A stretch of 64,000 nt of DNA. It comes from the human T2T-CHM13v2.0 reference genome, Homo sapiens. Made by a program: the position numbers and the translations under genes. How positions within the stretch are numbered: the first letter of the stretch is position 1; every line of letters begins with the position of its first letter. The DNA is taken from the NCBI RefSeq assembly GCF_009914755.1, contig NC_060926.1. One strand, given 5' to 3'. Positions 1 to 13,599 of the stretch are shown here, one piece after another. The notes beneath the pieces were generated by a model. The model worked only from the letters and a program-made list of their open reading frames with translations, was not told the DNA's origin and ran no database searches.

Positions 1-59
1 TTACAACAATAATAAAAAGCCAAACAGTACATACACAATGGTTTGCAAGCCCCATTACA

Positions 60-1560
60 TTAGGAATGAAGGGGAGTGATCTCTGAAAGATGGGGCGCTC
101 TCAGGGAAAGATGAGTACTACCATCACTCAGCTTAGTGTCCTAAGAAAGTTCTCAGACTACAGCCCAACAAGGGGGAACCTAAGCAGAGCCCAGCAGATT
201 CCCTACAATGGGGAGACAGAACTGAGAGTCCCAGGAAACCAAAGCAGGTCAAGGTCACAAGATAAAAGTACTGAAAAAGGGAACTCCACACATGGAGACT
301 ACTCTGGGATCCTGTGATGTGTTCCTCTCAAGTACTGAACTGGGCACTGATCAGCATAAACAAGTGAAAAAAAAAAAAAAAAAGCAGACTGGAGAAGAAC
401 TACCTGAAATAATTAGAGGAAACAGTAACTGGCCAGGAATTCAGTCTCTTACCAGTCAATCAGGAAAAGTTCAGATTTACAGGATATTTGATAGTATACT
501 TAGAAAGGTCTCAGAGGTGAGGATTAGCCCTAGGATAACATTGCTCTGGTCCTACCTAAAAAAGATTAAAAGCAAGATCTAAGAAGATTAAAATCTTTTT
601 AGGTAATTTAACTGTGCTTAAGAACAGAGCTCAAGAACATTTACAGGAATACAAAAATATGAGCTACCCAACAAGGTGAAATTCACATGTCTACTACCCA
701 AACAAAAGATTTTGTCATGAAAGCAAGCAAGAAAATACAGCTTATAATGAAAAACAAAAATCAATCGAGAATAAACCAGAAATGACACAGGTGTTCAAAT
801 TAGCAAACAAGGATATTTTTTAAGTTATAACCACATTCCATTTGTTCAAAAAAGTTAAGTAGAGACCTAGAAGATGTATATATATGCCAAAAAGGAACTT
901 TTAGAGATGAAAACTACAATACAGTATGAAGAATCAAAAATACAGTAGATGAAACTAACATTATGATATTGCAGAAGGAAAAGCTAGTTAATGTAAAGAA
1001 GACAAAAACAAACTATCCAAAACACAGAGAAAAATTAATTTTTAAAAAAATTAGCAGAGCATCAGTGAGCTGTATGACAAGTTTAGATGGCTTCATAGAT
1101 CTGTAATCCAAGTCTTTAACAAAGATAAGAAACAAAGGTGACAGAAAAAAATGTTTGAAAAAACAGTCCTCATATTTCTAAATTTGATACAAATTATAAA
1201 CCCACAAATCCAAAAAGCTCAAAAATCCACAGATAAGATACATGAAAATACCACACCTATGTATGTAATAATCACATTGCTCTAAAATGGTAATAAAAAG
1301 AACATCTTAAAAGCAGTTGGAGGAAGAAAATACACATTATATGGCAGAACAAAGTTAAAGGTGATGCAGATTATTTATCAGAAAGAATGCGAGTGAGAAG
1401 ACCTGGAGCAGCACATTTAATACAGAAAGAAAATTGAAACCTGTCTGGGTGAATTCTATACCCAGAAATTTTTTTTAATGTGAAATAAGGACTTTAAGAT
1501 ATAAAAAACCTGAAAGAATTCATTACAGAAGTCCTGTACTATAAGAAATGCTAAAGGAGG
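60..1560 (+). mobile_element. Old L1 (L1MC/L1MD-like) 5' region and ORF1 relic
   Basis: A-rich degenerate ORF1-type sequence (cagagcatcagtgagctgtatgacaa, cccacaaatccaaaaagctcaa, gaattctatacccagaaa); no intact ORF. Confidence 0.7.
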
Positions 1561-1589
1561 TATATAAACAATGCAACTTAGGTTAAGCG

Positions 1590-1990
1590 ACATGAACTAG
1601 AAATGGAAAGGCAAATGCCACATAATCTCATCTATTCAATCTAAAATAGTGAAATTCATAGAAACAGAGAAGAAAATGAAGGGCACTAGAGGATAAAGGC
1701 CGGGGATTGGGGGATTAGCGAGATGTCTGTCAAAGAATACAAAATTTCAGCTATACAAGAGAAATACATCCAATAGATCTATTGTACATTGCAGTGGCTA
1801 TAGCTAATAACAATATATTGTGTAATCAAAAATTGCTAAGAGATTAGATTTTAAATATTCTCACCACAATAATAAATGAGGTAATGCATATGTTGATTAG
1901 CTTGATTTAGCCATTCCACAATGTTTACATATATGAAAACATAATGTACACCATAAATATATACATTTTTTATTTGTCATTAAAAAAAGA
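1590..1990 (+). mobile_element. L1MA-type 3' UTR fragment
   Basis: gatctattgtacattgcagtggctatagctaataac ... gcttgatttagccattccacaatg ... tttatttgtcattaaaaaaa matches the L1MA 3' end. Confidence 0.85.
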
Positions 1991-2019
1991 AAGAATAAGC
2001 CAAGAAAACAAATAAAATA

Positions 2020-2780
2020 TGTGTCTGATATGGATGGTAATTATAAGTGCGTTCATTTCCCTCAATAAAAGACAAAGATTCACATTGACTTTTAAAAATG
2101 CAACTAAAGTCTATCTACATGTGATACATCTAGAAGTAAATAGTTCACATTATTTCAAGAAGTCAAATATATATATAATATATATAATGCACATGCAATA
2201 AAAAGGAAAAAATTTTACCCTGTAAAATTACAATTCAATTAGAACAAATAATATATAAATATGATTGTTTTGTTAATAAAGTTTATAATCAAAATCAAAT
2301 ACCATGTACCAAATACCACAGAACAGACTGTGATAGCATACAAAATAATAATGATAAAAGGGGTAAATAGAATAAAAAGGAAAACAAAGAGAAGAACAAG
2401 GAAGATAGAGGAAATAAAAAGGAAAAAGGGGGAAAGAAGGAAAAGAAAGAGGAGAAGAAAGAAGGAAAAAGAAAAGCAGAGGAAGAATTAAAAGCAGTAG
2501 AAAAAATACTGTAATAATGGGAGTCTAATATATTTCAATCTTCACCCAAACAGGCAGAAAGAGATAAATAACAGAAAAAAGAAAAAAAGAAATAATATAA
2601 TTAATAAGGTTGAATGATGAGAGACTTAACAGAGAATGTGTCTTTTTGCTAGCATCATGGAATAATCATAAGTATTTTCTTATACTTAAGCATAAAGAAG
2701 ACATCCAAATATTTTAAAAAGAGGAATAATACAGTTCATGTTCTCTTAACACAGTGTAATAAATCTAAAAATTAATAGTG
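2020..2780 (+). mobile_element. Degenerate L1 ORF2 (endonuclease region) relic with internal GA-rich tract (~2370-2490)
   Basis: aataaaagacaaagatt..., acagagaatgtgtctttttg..., atgttctcttaacacagtgtaataaatctaaaaattaata resemble the L1 ORF2 N-terminal coding region. Confidence 0.55.
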
Positions 2781-5700
2781 ATGTTAACATTTTAATATGT
2801 ATTACATATCATTCATTCACAAAATAAATACTTTCTGAGCATTTTTTATGAGCAGCCACTATAAAAAACTTCGCTATTATGATATTTTCATATAACATTC
2901 CAGCAGGGGATAAAAACAATACCTTCAAAATTAATTTTAAGATTATTTTTATTTTCTCTTTTGCTTTTTTGAATATGAGACCCCTGCTGGTTTACCCTCC
3001 ACACCCCCAAATAAATATACCTTCAAGCTCTACTGGTTGTCTTGAGTGTCATTTCATGTTTTTGTTTTGTTCTGTTTTGTTTTTAAATTCCTACTGCAAG
3101 CTCTCCAACCCTTCAGCAATTTAACAATTTAGCTTGGAGAAATAAGTTGATAGAGTTCACCTGAAATAATAGAAGTTATTTCTTTCTGTCATTAAGGTTT
3201 TGATGGAGTCAGGAAGAAGAAAGGCATAATAATGAAGGATGGGAAAAATAAAAAGCCACAGTCTCCAATCAAGAAAAGGAAATCAAGAGCTTGAAAAGGA
3301 GCTCAAAAGGATTGTGCTCTTATGTTAATATTCCCCATTTCAGGCTTTGGTCTAGAGCAAAGGAGATGAGTTACATAAGTAAGGTTAATATCAAGGACAG
3401 TGGAGGCTCTTACTCCATCCAGTTCTCCCTTCTCCCTCTGGGAAGTCGGGCTGTTCTATAACAACCTGAGCACAGATACATCATTATGTGCTGGACAGCA
3501 CAATGAGACCAGGAAGCTCCTGAAGTGTGGCTCTTCCCAGCTGCCCCCAGTTCCTATGTGACATAGACAGAACACAAATCCTGGCTTAAAGATTTGTAAG
3601 TAATCAAGGAAGTTATTTACAGAGTTGACAAGGTGACTCTGGGCAAAGACTGTGAAATGACCACCCAGTCCAGAGCCAGAAGGGGGAGACACAGGCCGAC
3701 TTGAAAGCAGTCAGCATCACTGTGAGCTGAAAGGGCTCAGCTCCCAGGCATTGGTCCTGGGAGCATTGTCTGAGCCAAAAGGACAGTACCAGGGTTGCAA
3801 AACCATCAACTCCAGTAGGACCTGCTTTAATTAGGACCTGCCCCTCAAATTCACGTCTATAAAAATTCACATGGAAAAAATTTCTCTTTTAATATCAGAG
3901 ATTCCTGGGAACAAAAGCACTTACACAAACAATTTCCCTCCTCTTGGTCTATGTAGTTGCCTCTATCGGCAAATATTGCACTGGAGTGAGGCTATTTGGG
4001 GTTGTGTGAAAAGACAATTTCTAACTGACTGGCATTTGAAAAGAGAGAGAGGAAGGGATAGAACATGCACGAGAGAGAACTCAGATTAACCAAATTCCTC
4101 ACTGCTTTCTATTGTGCTGTTTCTTTAGATATAAAAATCGCAGTACATGGTTGAAGATAGTTTTGGCTACTGGAATCAGAGAATAAATCCATTTTGGAAA
4201 CCAGGCAAGTAGAACCATGAATGGTACACTATCTTTTGGTTAGAAAGTACTCAATCAACTCTCTCTAACATGTGGCATATTGACACTATCACATAATTAT
4301 CCAGAACTTGCCAAAGGAAGGACTAACAAAGAAAGGTGATAACAAAGGGAGGTAGTAGCAAAAACAAACAAACAAACAACAACAAAAAGACAGTAACAAA
4401 GAAAGTTACCAACAGAGAAATGTATTTGTGTGAATCTCTGTGTAATGACATGGAGCCAGGCCATAAAAATAAAGTATACACATTCACTATTGATAGTAAA
4501 ATGACTCATAATCTATTTATCAATACAAAATTTTATTATTATTACTTATTTCCACAATCCACATGAGCTAGATGAAACATAACATTGAAAATACACTGTG
4601 GCTAAAGACCAAAGAGAGACTAATAACTCAATTGGGTAACAGAAAATAATAAAATATGGATTTAAATTGCTTTTCCTTCACTAAATTAATAAATTTCCAT
4701 CAGTGAATAAAAACAGATTTTCCATTCCTAAAGTGTGTAATCAGGGTTGAATGGTTAAAATAAAAAACCTATAATGCCATTTGGAAATTCCTAGTGTCAA
4801 TTTAAATCATGCTGACTATAAGGTTTATCAGTGCCCAACACACACTAGGTACTCTAATAAATAAAATTAATATTTTACATTTGGATCATTTCCTAAAAAT
4901 TGCAAAGCACTTTCACATGCCGTATCTTCCTCAATCTTCCTAACAACCTCATGACACTATAAAACAGAAATAAGCTCTTCACACTGCAACTATGTTAGAG
5001 TTTAAGTTCACAATTCAGGCTACAAAAGCATATCATTTATGATAGAAATAGAATTAAGACTTACAAATTGACAATTATTCTTGCTGGTTGATGACTAACA
5101 CATACATGAGTTTCCTAAAGTTAGTGGCAAAATTGAAATGCTAAACATAAGAATAAATAAATAATAGAGGACTTCCACACTGCAGTTTTAAGAAATCCAA
5201 ACATAAATGCTCCCCTCTCATAATAAGGCCTGTTAGTATTTCATACCCTCAATCATTTCCTACTCCCAGAGTACATGAGCAAATTACATGCAAGAATGAC
5301 TGGGCAGGCCATACAAACTGTAATTATAATTTAACACACTTGAAAGACTATTTGAAAACTCATTCAGAGTAAGTTTGTTGCAAAGTAACTGTATTTTAGC
5401 AAAAAAAAAAAAAGGGGGGGGTATATGGTATAATCTGAAAAAGAAATATCTAATTAAAAAACACTTGATGTGAAAATTACTATTCCTTTGGTCCTGGTGC
5501 TTTTATGTTTTTGGTGTCTTATTCGATGCTTGTTTGAAGTGAGACCCAGAGGATACGTTTTCCTGACTCCAAGTTCTTTGAATTTCTCACTGAACCATTC
5601 ATACCTCTTTCCTAGGATTTATTAAAATCCATCATGGACCATATATGTCTTCTCCATCTTTGTATATCTTTATTCAGAGGATCGTGTTTTTTTGTTACTC

Positions 5701-6239
5701 TTTCCTATTTCTGATAACCTTCTAATGATATTCAGTTGTTTTTCTTTTTTTGGCAGCAAGCCTTTTAAAAACTGGTATATGGAAGCCAAATATGATATCA
5801 TGTTTATAAAATTTACCACGCAGAACTCATATTTAAAAATTATGTAAAGAATGAAAATTATATTTGAAGTATTCCTATTACTGTCTCATCTCTGCATAGC
5901 ATTCTATGATTTAAAACACTTTATTTACAATATAGAAATTAATTTGTATCTACAAATATTATTTGAATAGTGAAAATATATGTATTTTGAGGAAAGATGA
6001 AAAAAATTGGGTCATTTCAACCAGTGTAAAAAGTACTAGTAAATATCTAATACTTTTAGTCTATTTATAAAACAGCTTTAGAAAGAAACACGTTGTCTGC
6101 TTTCCTGCACCATCATTGTAATATTGAAAACAATGATAGCAATTGAGTAAAGAATTAACCAAAATAACATATTTAGCTTCTTTTAAAACTACATGATAAT
6201 AAATGTTTAGATCTTTCCATGTCAATTTCTTTAAAAATG

Positions 6240-6490
6240 ACTATTCAAAAAGCATTTACAAAGTATTTACCCTTATGCTAGGGACTGTATCAATTATCGT
6301 ATAAGATACCCAGCTATGACCCTCCCTCAAAGACATCATAGTTTAGCATAACACATAGGAATCATAATGGAAGCTGCAGAGTACACAGTGCTGTGCAATA
6401 CACAAGAGGTATCTCTTAACTCTGAGTTTAAAGGATAATCTTCACTGAGGAGCTAATTTTGAGTCTTGAAAAAAGAATCAAGATTCACCA
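6240..6490 (-). mobile_element. L2 3' fragment
   Basis: attcaaaaagcatttacaaagtatttacccttatgctagggactgt, reverse L2 tail pattern. Confidence 0.5.
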
Positions 6491-6494
6491 GGTA

Positions 6495-7630
6495 GGCTGG
6501 GTGCAGTGGTTCATGCCCATAATCCCAGCACATTGGGAGGCCAAGGTGGGATAATTGCTTGAACCCAGGAGTTCAAAACCAGCCTGGGCAACATAAGGAG
6601 ACCTCATTTCTACATTTTCATTTTTTTTAATTAGCCAGGCATCATAGCGTGTGCCTATGGTCCCAGGTACTTGGGAGACTGAGGTTAGAGGATCACTTTG
6701 TCCTGGGAGGTCGAGGCTGCAGTCATCTGTGAGGGTACTGATACAGAAGAGAAGTGCTTGGAAGGGAAGAGCATGGTCCCTTTAAATGATACAGAGCTGG
6801 GGAAGGGAAATGCTGGGTAGAGGAGGGTGTGGTCCCTGGCTAGGGCTCCACCCCCACGGACCTAGGTGAGGACAGGCATTTCCTATCCAAATGTTGCATT
6901 TCCCAAGACCATTCTGGCCTGCTACGCCCCTATCCTTTGCCCATAAAAACACCCAAGACCCTAGCAGGCAGACACACAGGCAGCTGGACATGGAGAGGAG
7001 CACAACACTCAGGTGGCTGGACATGGAGAGGAACTAACCGACAGGCACCAGCACACTGGCAGGCCACCAACCATCAGAAGCAGAAGAATGTGGAGTTTGG
7101 CTGAGGCAGTCGGAGGAGAGCCCAGGCTGCTGGGAGGCTCAACTCCAGAGGGAAACCTTCCCACTCCATCTCCTTCTGACTTCCCCCATCTGCTGAGAGC
7201 TACCTCCACTCGATGAAACCTTGCACTCATTCTCCAAGCCCAAATGTGATTTGATTCCTCTGGTACATCAAGGCAAGAACCTGGAATACAGAAAGCCCTC
7301 TGTCCTTTTGATAAGGTGGAGGGTCTAATTGAACTGGTTAAGACAAGCCACCTATACACGACAAAACTAAAAGAGCACCCTGTAACACATGCCCACTGGG
7401 GCTTCAGGAGCTGTAAACATTCACCCCTAGACACTGTCACGGGGTTAGGGCTCCACAGCCTGGTTATCTGTGTGCTTCCCCTAGAGGTTTGAGCAGCAGA
7501 GCACTGAAGAAACAAGCCACACCCACATCACATGCCCTGCAAGGGGGATAAGGGAACTTTTCCGTTTCAGTACCACTGCACCCCAGGTTGGGCGACAGAG
7601 CAAAACCCCGTCCCAAAAAATAAAAAAAAA
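6495..7630 (+). mobile_element. AluJ split by an LTR (pieces 6495-6738 and 7574-7630)
   Basis: Alu head, AluJ-type gaggtcgaggctgcagt, right arm resumes after the LTR; TSD aagattcaccaggt at 6480-6493 and 7629-7642. Confidence 0.93.
6739..7569 (+). mobile_element. ERV1 solo LTR (LTR1-family-like)
   Basis: TG...CA termini, 4-bp TSD gtac (6735-6738 / 7570-7573), ccctggctagggctccacccccacggacctaggtgaggacaggc motif. Confidence 0.85.
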
Positions 7631-7904
7631 GATTCACCAGGTGAATTAAAGCCTGAATAAGAATATATAAATATAGTTATAAAAGTTTGAGAGTCAAAAG
7701 AGAAAAGTGAATCATAAAGTTGCATAACCTAGCAACCATAGGTCTTTATATACTGTTGTTGTTTTCCCCCAGGAATCTAGAAAAATACCAATTTGAGTTT
7801 CAGTCTTCGCTTGAAGCTCCCTCACATATACTTTTTGGGTGATAAGGATATGAGTTTTGGTTTGATTTTTAAAGAATAATAATATACAAGAACCACAAAA
7901 AGCT

Positions 7905-8062
7905 ATTAAATATTTTTAAAAAATAATGAACTACCAAAGGTATCCATTTGAATAAAATGTGAAATATACGACTGGCAGAAGGGGTGAAAAATCAAACTAT
8001 AATTCAACAATTGAAGACCATGTATATTAATATTAAATATTACAAAAGCTTTATTTAAAGTA
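7905..8062 (+). repeat. Copy 1 of ~160-bp direct duplication (partner 10254-10429)
   Basis: Direct alignment by eye, e.g. aaaggtatccatttgaat and tattaatattaaatattacaaaagctt shared. Confidence 0.95.
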
Positions 8063-8461
8063 GTCCATAAATTAGTCACCAATTACTTTTAGTGATTTTT
8101 TAATTCTATTCAAAATACAGTCACATTGTTTTTAAAAATTAATAATGTTTCCAATAAGACACAGAGTTTAAATAACAATGGCAACAATGTTGGAGTTTCT
8201 CTAGTGAAAGAGCCAGAGTTTAAAAAATAGTTTAAAAAACAGATTTATCAATTTCAGAAATCTTAAACATGACTTCCCATAATCAATCTTTTTGATGTGT
8301 TCATTACAAAGTACCTGTTCACAATAAGCTGATGGCAGTGGAGATTACCATACTGAAAAAGGTAGAGGTTCTACTTTTTATAATTTAAAATAGTATTTGT
8401 TATTAGGTGGATTTTTTAAATTCAACTTTTATTTACATCCTATTATATAGAAGATGCTAAG

Positions 8462-8624
8462 CTACTTTTTAACTTTTAGCTTTTTAACTTTTACTTTTTA
8501 CTTTTTAACTTTTTACTTTTAACTTTTTAACTTTCTACTTACTTTTTAACTTTTAACTTTCTATTTACTTTTTAACTTTTTACTCTTTAACTTTACTTTT
8601 TAACTTTTACTTTTTAACTTTTAT
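8462..8624. repeat. Degenerate (TTTTAAC/TTTTAC)n tandem repeat
   Basis: More than 20 imperfect 6-8 bp units visible. Confidence 0.9.
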
Positions 8625-8789
8625 ATGGTTAGGCTAAATTTATATTTTCTAGCTAGTAAGAGGCTTAAGGAGGAATATATATATATATATATATATCTGC
8701 ATGACTTTCCGTTATCCAGTAACCAACGGGCTAAGTGTGTAGTCTTCATGAGGACATACTTATGAGTCATCCGTTATGTTTATAAACAT

Positions 8790-10270
8790 GAAACAATAAA
8801 AGCAACTTTGAGAAAGAAGAACAAAGCTAGAGGCAGCACACTCTTAATTTCAAACTATATTACAAAACTGTAGTAATCAAAGCAGTATGTAATGACATAG
8901 AAACACTCACATAGATCAAAGGAACAAATTAGAGAGACCAGAAATAATACAACCATCTAATCTTTGATAAGGATACCAAGAATACACAATGGTGTTAGAA
9001 AAACTGAATATCTACACACCAAAGTATAATATTGGACCCTTGTCTTACACCACACACAAAAATTAACTCAAAATGAATTAAAAATTTACATGTAAATTCT
9101 GAAATCATAAAACTTCCAGAAGAAAACATAGGGAAGAAGCTTTTAGACACTGGCCTTAGCAATTATTTTTTGATATAACACCAAAAGAACAGGCGACTAA
9201 AGAAAAAAATAAGTAAGACTACATCAAACTAAAAAGCTTCTTCCTAGCAAAGGAACAATCAACAAAATGAAAAGGCAACACATGGAATGGGAGGAAATAT
9301 TTGCAAACCATATATTTGATAAGGGGTTAACATCTACAATATATAAGAAACTAATGTAAGTCAATAGCAAAAATAAAAACAAAAACCTGATTTTAAAATG
9401 AGCAAAGGACCTGAATAGACATTTTTTCCAAAGGATACATGTAAATGGCCAAGAGGCAAATGAAAAGATTCTCAACATCACTAGTCATCAAAGAAAAGCA
9501 AATCAAAATCACAATGAAATATCACTTCATACCTGTTAAGATAGCTAGTACGAAATAAACAAGAGATAACAAGTGTTGGCAAGAGTGTGGAGAAAAGGAA
9601 ACCCTTGTACATTGTTGGTAGGAATGTAAATTGGTACAGTTATTATGAAAAACAGTAGGAAGGTTCCTCCCGCAATTAAAAATAGAGCCTCCCATAAAAT
9701 CCAGTAATCTTACCTCTAGGTATATATCCAAAGGATATTAAATCAATATCTCCAAAAAGATATCTGCACCCCCATGTTCACTGAAGCATTATTCACAAAA
9801 GCCGAGCTATGGAAACAACCTAAGTATCTAACAACAGAAGAATGAATTTAAAAATGCTGTACATATATACAATGAAATATTATCAGCTTAAAAAAATTGG
9901 GAAATCCTGACTTTTGTGACAGCATGGATGATCCTGGAGGATCTTAGGCTGAGTGTAATAAACCAGACACAGAAAGACAGATACGTTATGATCTCACTTA
10001 TATGTGGAATCTAAAAAGGTCAAACTCATAGAAGCAGAGAAAATGGTGGTTGGCAGGGGCTGGTGGGTAGGAGAATGGGGAGTTGTTGGTCAAAAGGTAC
10101 GCTGTTTTCAGTCATAAGATTAACAAGTTCTTTGTATCTAATGTACAGCATGGGTGGTAATGGGTGCGTTAATCTGATTTTGGTAAATATTACACAATGT
10201 ATACATATATTATTACACTGTATACTTTGAATATATTCAATATTTATTTGTCAATTACATATTTTAAAAA
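8790..10270 (+). mobile_element. 5'-truncated L1MA-type element (ORF2 3' part + 3' UTR)
   Basis: Typical ORF2 C-terminal coding sequence (gaatgggaggaaatatttgcaaacc, agcatggatgatcctggagg) and L1MA 3' UTR. Confidence 0.92.
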
Positions 10271-10429
10271 ATAATGAGACTACAAAAGGTATCCATTTGA
10301 ATTAGACTTAGTGCACGTGAAAAAATGTGAAATATATGACTGGCAGAAGTGGTGAAAAATCAGACTATAATTCAACAATTAAAAACCATATGTATTAATA
10401 TTAAATATTACAAAAGCTTAATTTAAGTA
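10254..10429 (+). repeat. Copy 2 of direct duplication (partner 7905-8062)
   Basis: Aligns to copy 1 with an extra ~19 bp (tagacttagtgcacgtgaa). Confidence 0.95.
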
Positions 10430-10434
10430 CCCCT

Positions 10435-11570
10435 TGCCTTTGAAGTTATTGAGCTTCTAGGATGTGTAGATTTATAGTTTTCATCAAACTAGATTTTAAA
10501 ACAGCCATTACATGTTCAGATATTTTTTCTGCCTCCTTCATAGTCTGATTACATGTATATTAGTCCACTGGCATTGTCTACAGTTCACCGATGCTCCCTC
10601 ATGTATTTGCTGTTGTACTCTTTTGTCTATGTGTTCATTTGAGGATAGTTTCTATTGCTATGACTTCAAGTCCTCTCATCTTTTCTTCCACAATGTCTAA
10701 TCATCTGCTTTAATCCCATCCAGTGTATTTTTCATCTCACACATGGTATTTTTTCATTTCTATATGTGTGATTTAAATCTTTTTTCATGCATTCTATATT
10801 TCTAACTAACATTTTTAACATATGGAGTACAATTAAAACAAATGTTTAGTGTCTTTGTCTGGCTATTGTAATATCTGCATCATTTCTGGATTCATTTGGA
10901 TGTTTTTATTCTCCTTATTAGGGGGTCTTATATTTCTGTAGCTTTGTGTTCCTGGTACACATCTTATTGGGTACTGGGCATTTTGTATTCCTAAAAATAT
11001 CCTTGAACTTTGTTCTGAGACATATTTAGGTTACTTAAAATCATTTTGATTCTTTTGGATCTTACTTTATAAGATTTGATAGGCAAGACCAGGGAGGGGT
11101 TCATCCTGGGGCTAATTATTTCCACGAGTGAAGCAAGACTTGTTTACTATATACTCTCACCAATGCCTATTAGTTGTAAGGTTTTCCAGACCAGCCTGTG
11201 AGTAACAAGACCCTTCTTGGCCTCTGTAAGCACTGGCCATTGTTACCTCTAATTCTTTTTGGTGGTTCTTTTCCTGACCTTGGGGAATTTTTTCACATCA
11301 GTGCATTAAAATGTATTCTGCTGAATAATCAAGAGGGACATTCTACAGATCACTGGGTTCTTTATCTGAGCATATCTCTCTTTTGAAATACTTCACTGTG
11401 CAATTCCTCAACTCCAGGAGTTTGATAAGCTCCTCTTAGGTTCCTCCTCACACCACCACTGCTTAGAGACTCTTTCAAAGAAGTAAGCTGGGACAATTAT
11501 GGGTTTCAACTCATTTTTTTTCAGAGTCACTGCTCTGCATTGCCTAATGCCCTGGGTCTAGAAAACTGTT
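10435..11570 (-). mobile_element. Old L1 (L1MC/L1ME-like) ORF1/5' relic
   Basis: T-rich reverse ORF1 pattern (gttattgagcttctaggatgtgtagatttatagttttcatcaaa; ttaatcccatccagtgtatttttcatctcac). Confidence 0.75.
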
Positions 11571-11939
11571 TCATAAAAAATTAAGTAAATAGATAAAAAT
11601 ATACATCATTGAAATGATAAAAGACATACATGAAGTCAAAAGCAAATTTTATACCTAATGAACAAACATGAAAAGCATTTCATTAAAGTTAAGTACATCT
11701 ACCATTAACATGATTACATTTTTCTAGGACTTCTGATGACTGAAGAAGAAATAAAAGGAGGAATTGCTATTATTTGTAGTTGAAATATAATTGTCTTAGG
11801 GAAACAAAGAATGCCACCTATAAATTGAAAAAAAAAGTCATTTACAAAGATTTGTTAGAAAATATTTGACCCATAGTCTCTCCTGGGTGTTTCATTGCTT
11901 GTTTTTCAATGTAAAGATTATGAGCTGGAATAAGTATTA

Positions 11940-12125
11940 ATATAATAATGGTAATTATCTATGTAGCACTAACTAGATGTCAGACACTGTCCTAAGTGCT
12001 TTATAGGTACTTAATTCTTTTACACTTCACTGTTGTCCCAGTTTGGGTGATGTTTAAAGGAAGAATAAAGATGTTAAATAAATCGCCCAAAATGGAATTG
12101 GGATTGTAACCAAGACCAGATGATT
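11940..12125 (-). mobile_element. MIR
   Basis: aataatggtaattatctatgtagcact...gtcagacactgtcctaagtgcttt. Confidence 0.6.
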
Positions 12126-12728
12126 TCACAGAAAACACAATCAAAAATCTTAAATCTAATCATAAAATCTATAAAAAACTTGGAAAATGCAGAAATATCT
12201 AAAATGATGGTTACCCACGGTTTTCCATGCAAAAACCATTCAGGCACAATTGTAGTTATATGGTCAATATTTGAATTTTGATGACACTTGTCTTCTCCAT
12301 GCAAAAGATCTAGTCTTCAAATTTTCTTCAGTGATTTCTAGGATTGTTTCACATGCATTTAAGCCAAGTTTGTTTGTATTCTTCCATTCTGCTTTCTTTT
12401 GCTATAGCATACTCTGTCACTCTGCCAGTCACTGAAATCTTCCACTAGTGGCTTTCTTGAGCCTTCAGTTTATCAGAAGTGCCCACTGATCTGAGGTAAA
12501 GAAAATTGTCAATGGCTCATCTCTGCCAGGACATTGTTTTGTGGCCCCAAAAGAGTTCCATATGTCCCTCTAGACTCAGAGTACCCTTGATCCAATAAGC
12601 CCAGTTGGCTTCGAATTGTTCTTCCTCTTTTTTAGGGTATTAAATACAGACCTTTGAGAAAAGTGGGGACGTAAGCCATAGTGCTCTCCATTTATCACCC
12701 TTTATGTCTAAAGTGTCCCCCAACAACC

Positions 12729-12784
<56 letters not shown>
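12729..12784. repeat. (TA)n(GA)n compound microsatellite
   Basis: Direct reading. Confidence 0.97.
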
Positions 12785-12787
<3 letters not shown>

Positions 12788-13206
12788 CAGGATGTAATTA
12801 GTTCACAAAATTCTTATGAAAACACCTGTATCTAAAAAATATGCTTATTTTCTAAATGCATCTATTAGAAAATGAAAGGAAAATGTCTCCCCCAACCAAG
12901 GTGTCTTCAATAAGAATTAGATGGCTTTATTTTTCACATTTTATCTTGAAAAATTCAGAATACTGGAATATTTTGGGAAAAGACAACTCACTAGCAAAGA
13001 ACCGAAAACCACTGTATTATAAGCAAGATACAAATACATTCATTAGTGCAGTGTGAAGAGAATAAGATAATGGTAAAAAAAAAAAAAACCTACTGATATT
13101 TGTCTCTTGGCATTTTTAATTTTATTGCATTTAAAAGAATCAGTTAAGAAGGACTAGAAAAGAGAATAGAGATAGTGTAGATTTTATCAAGGTCCTGAAA
13201 ACACAT

Positions 13207-13598
<392 letters not shown>

Positions 13599-13599
13599 T

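Noticed and set aside
2261-2491. Lys/Arg-rich ORF
   Set aside because: Product of a GA-rich low-complexity tract.
7009-7515. 168-aa minus-strand ORF
   Set aside because: Inside the ERV1 solo LTR; typical chance LTR ORF.
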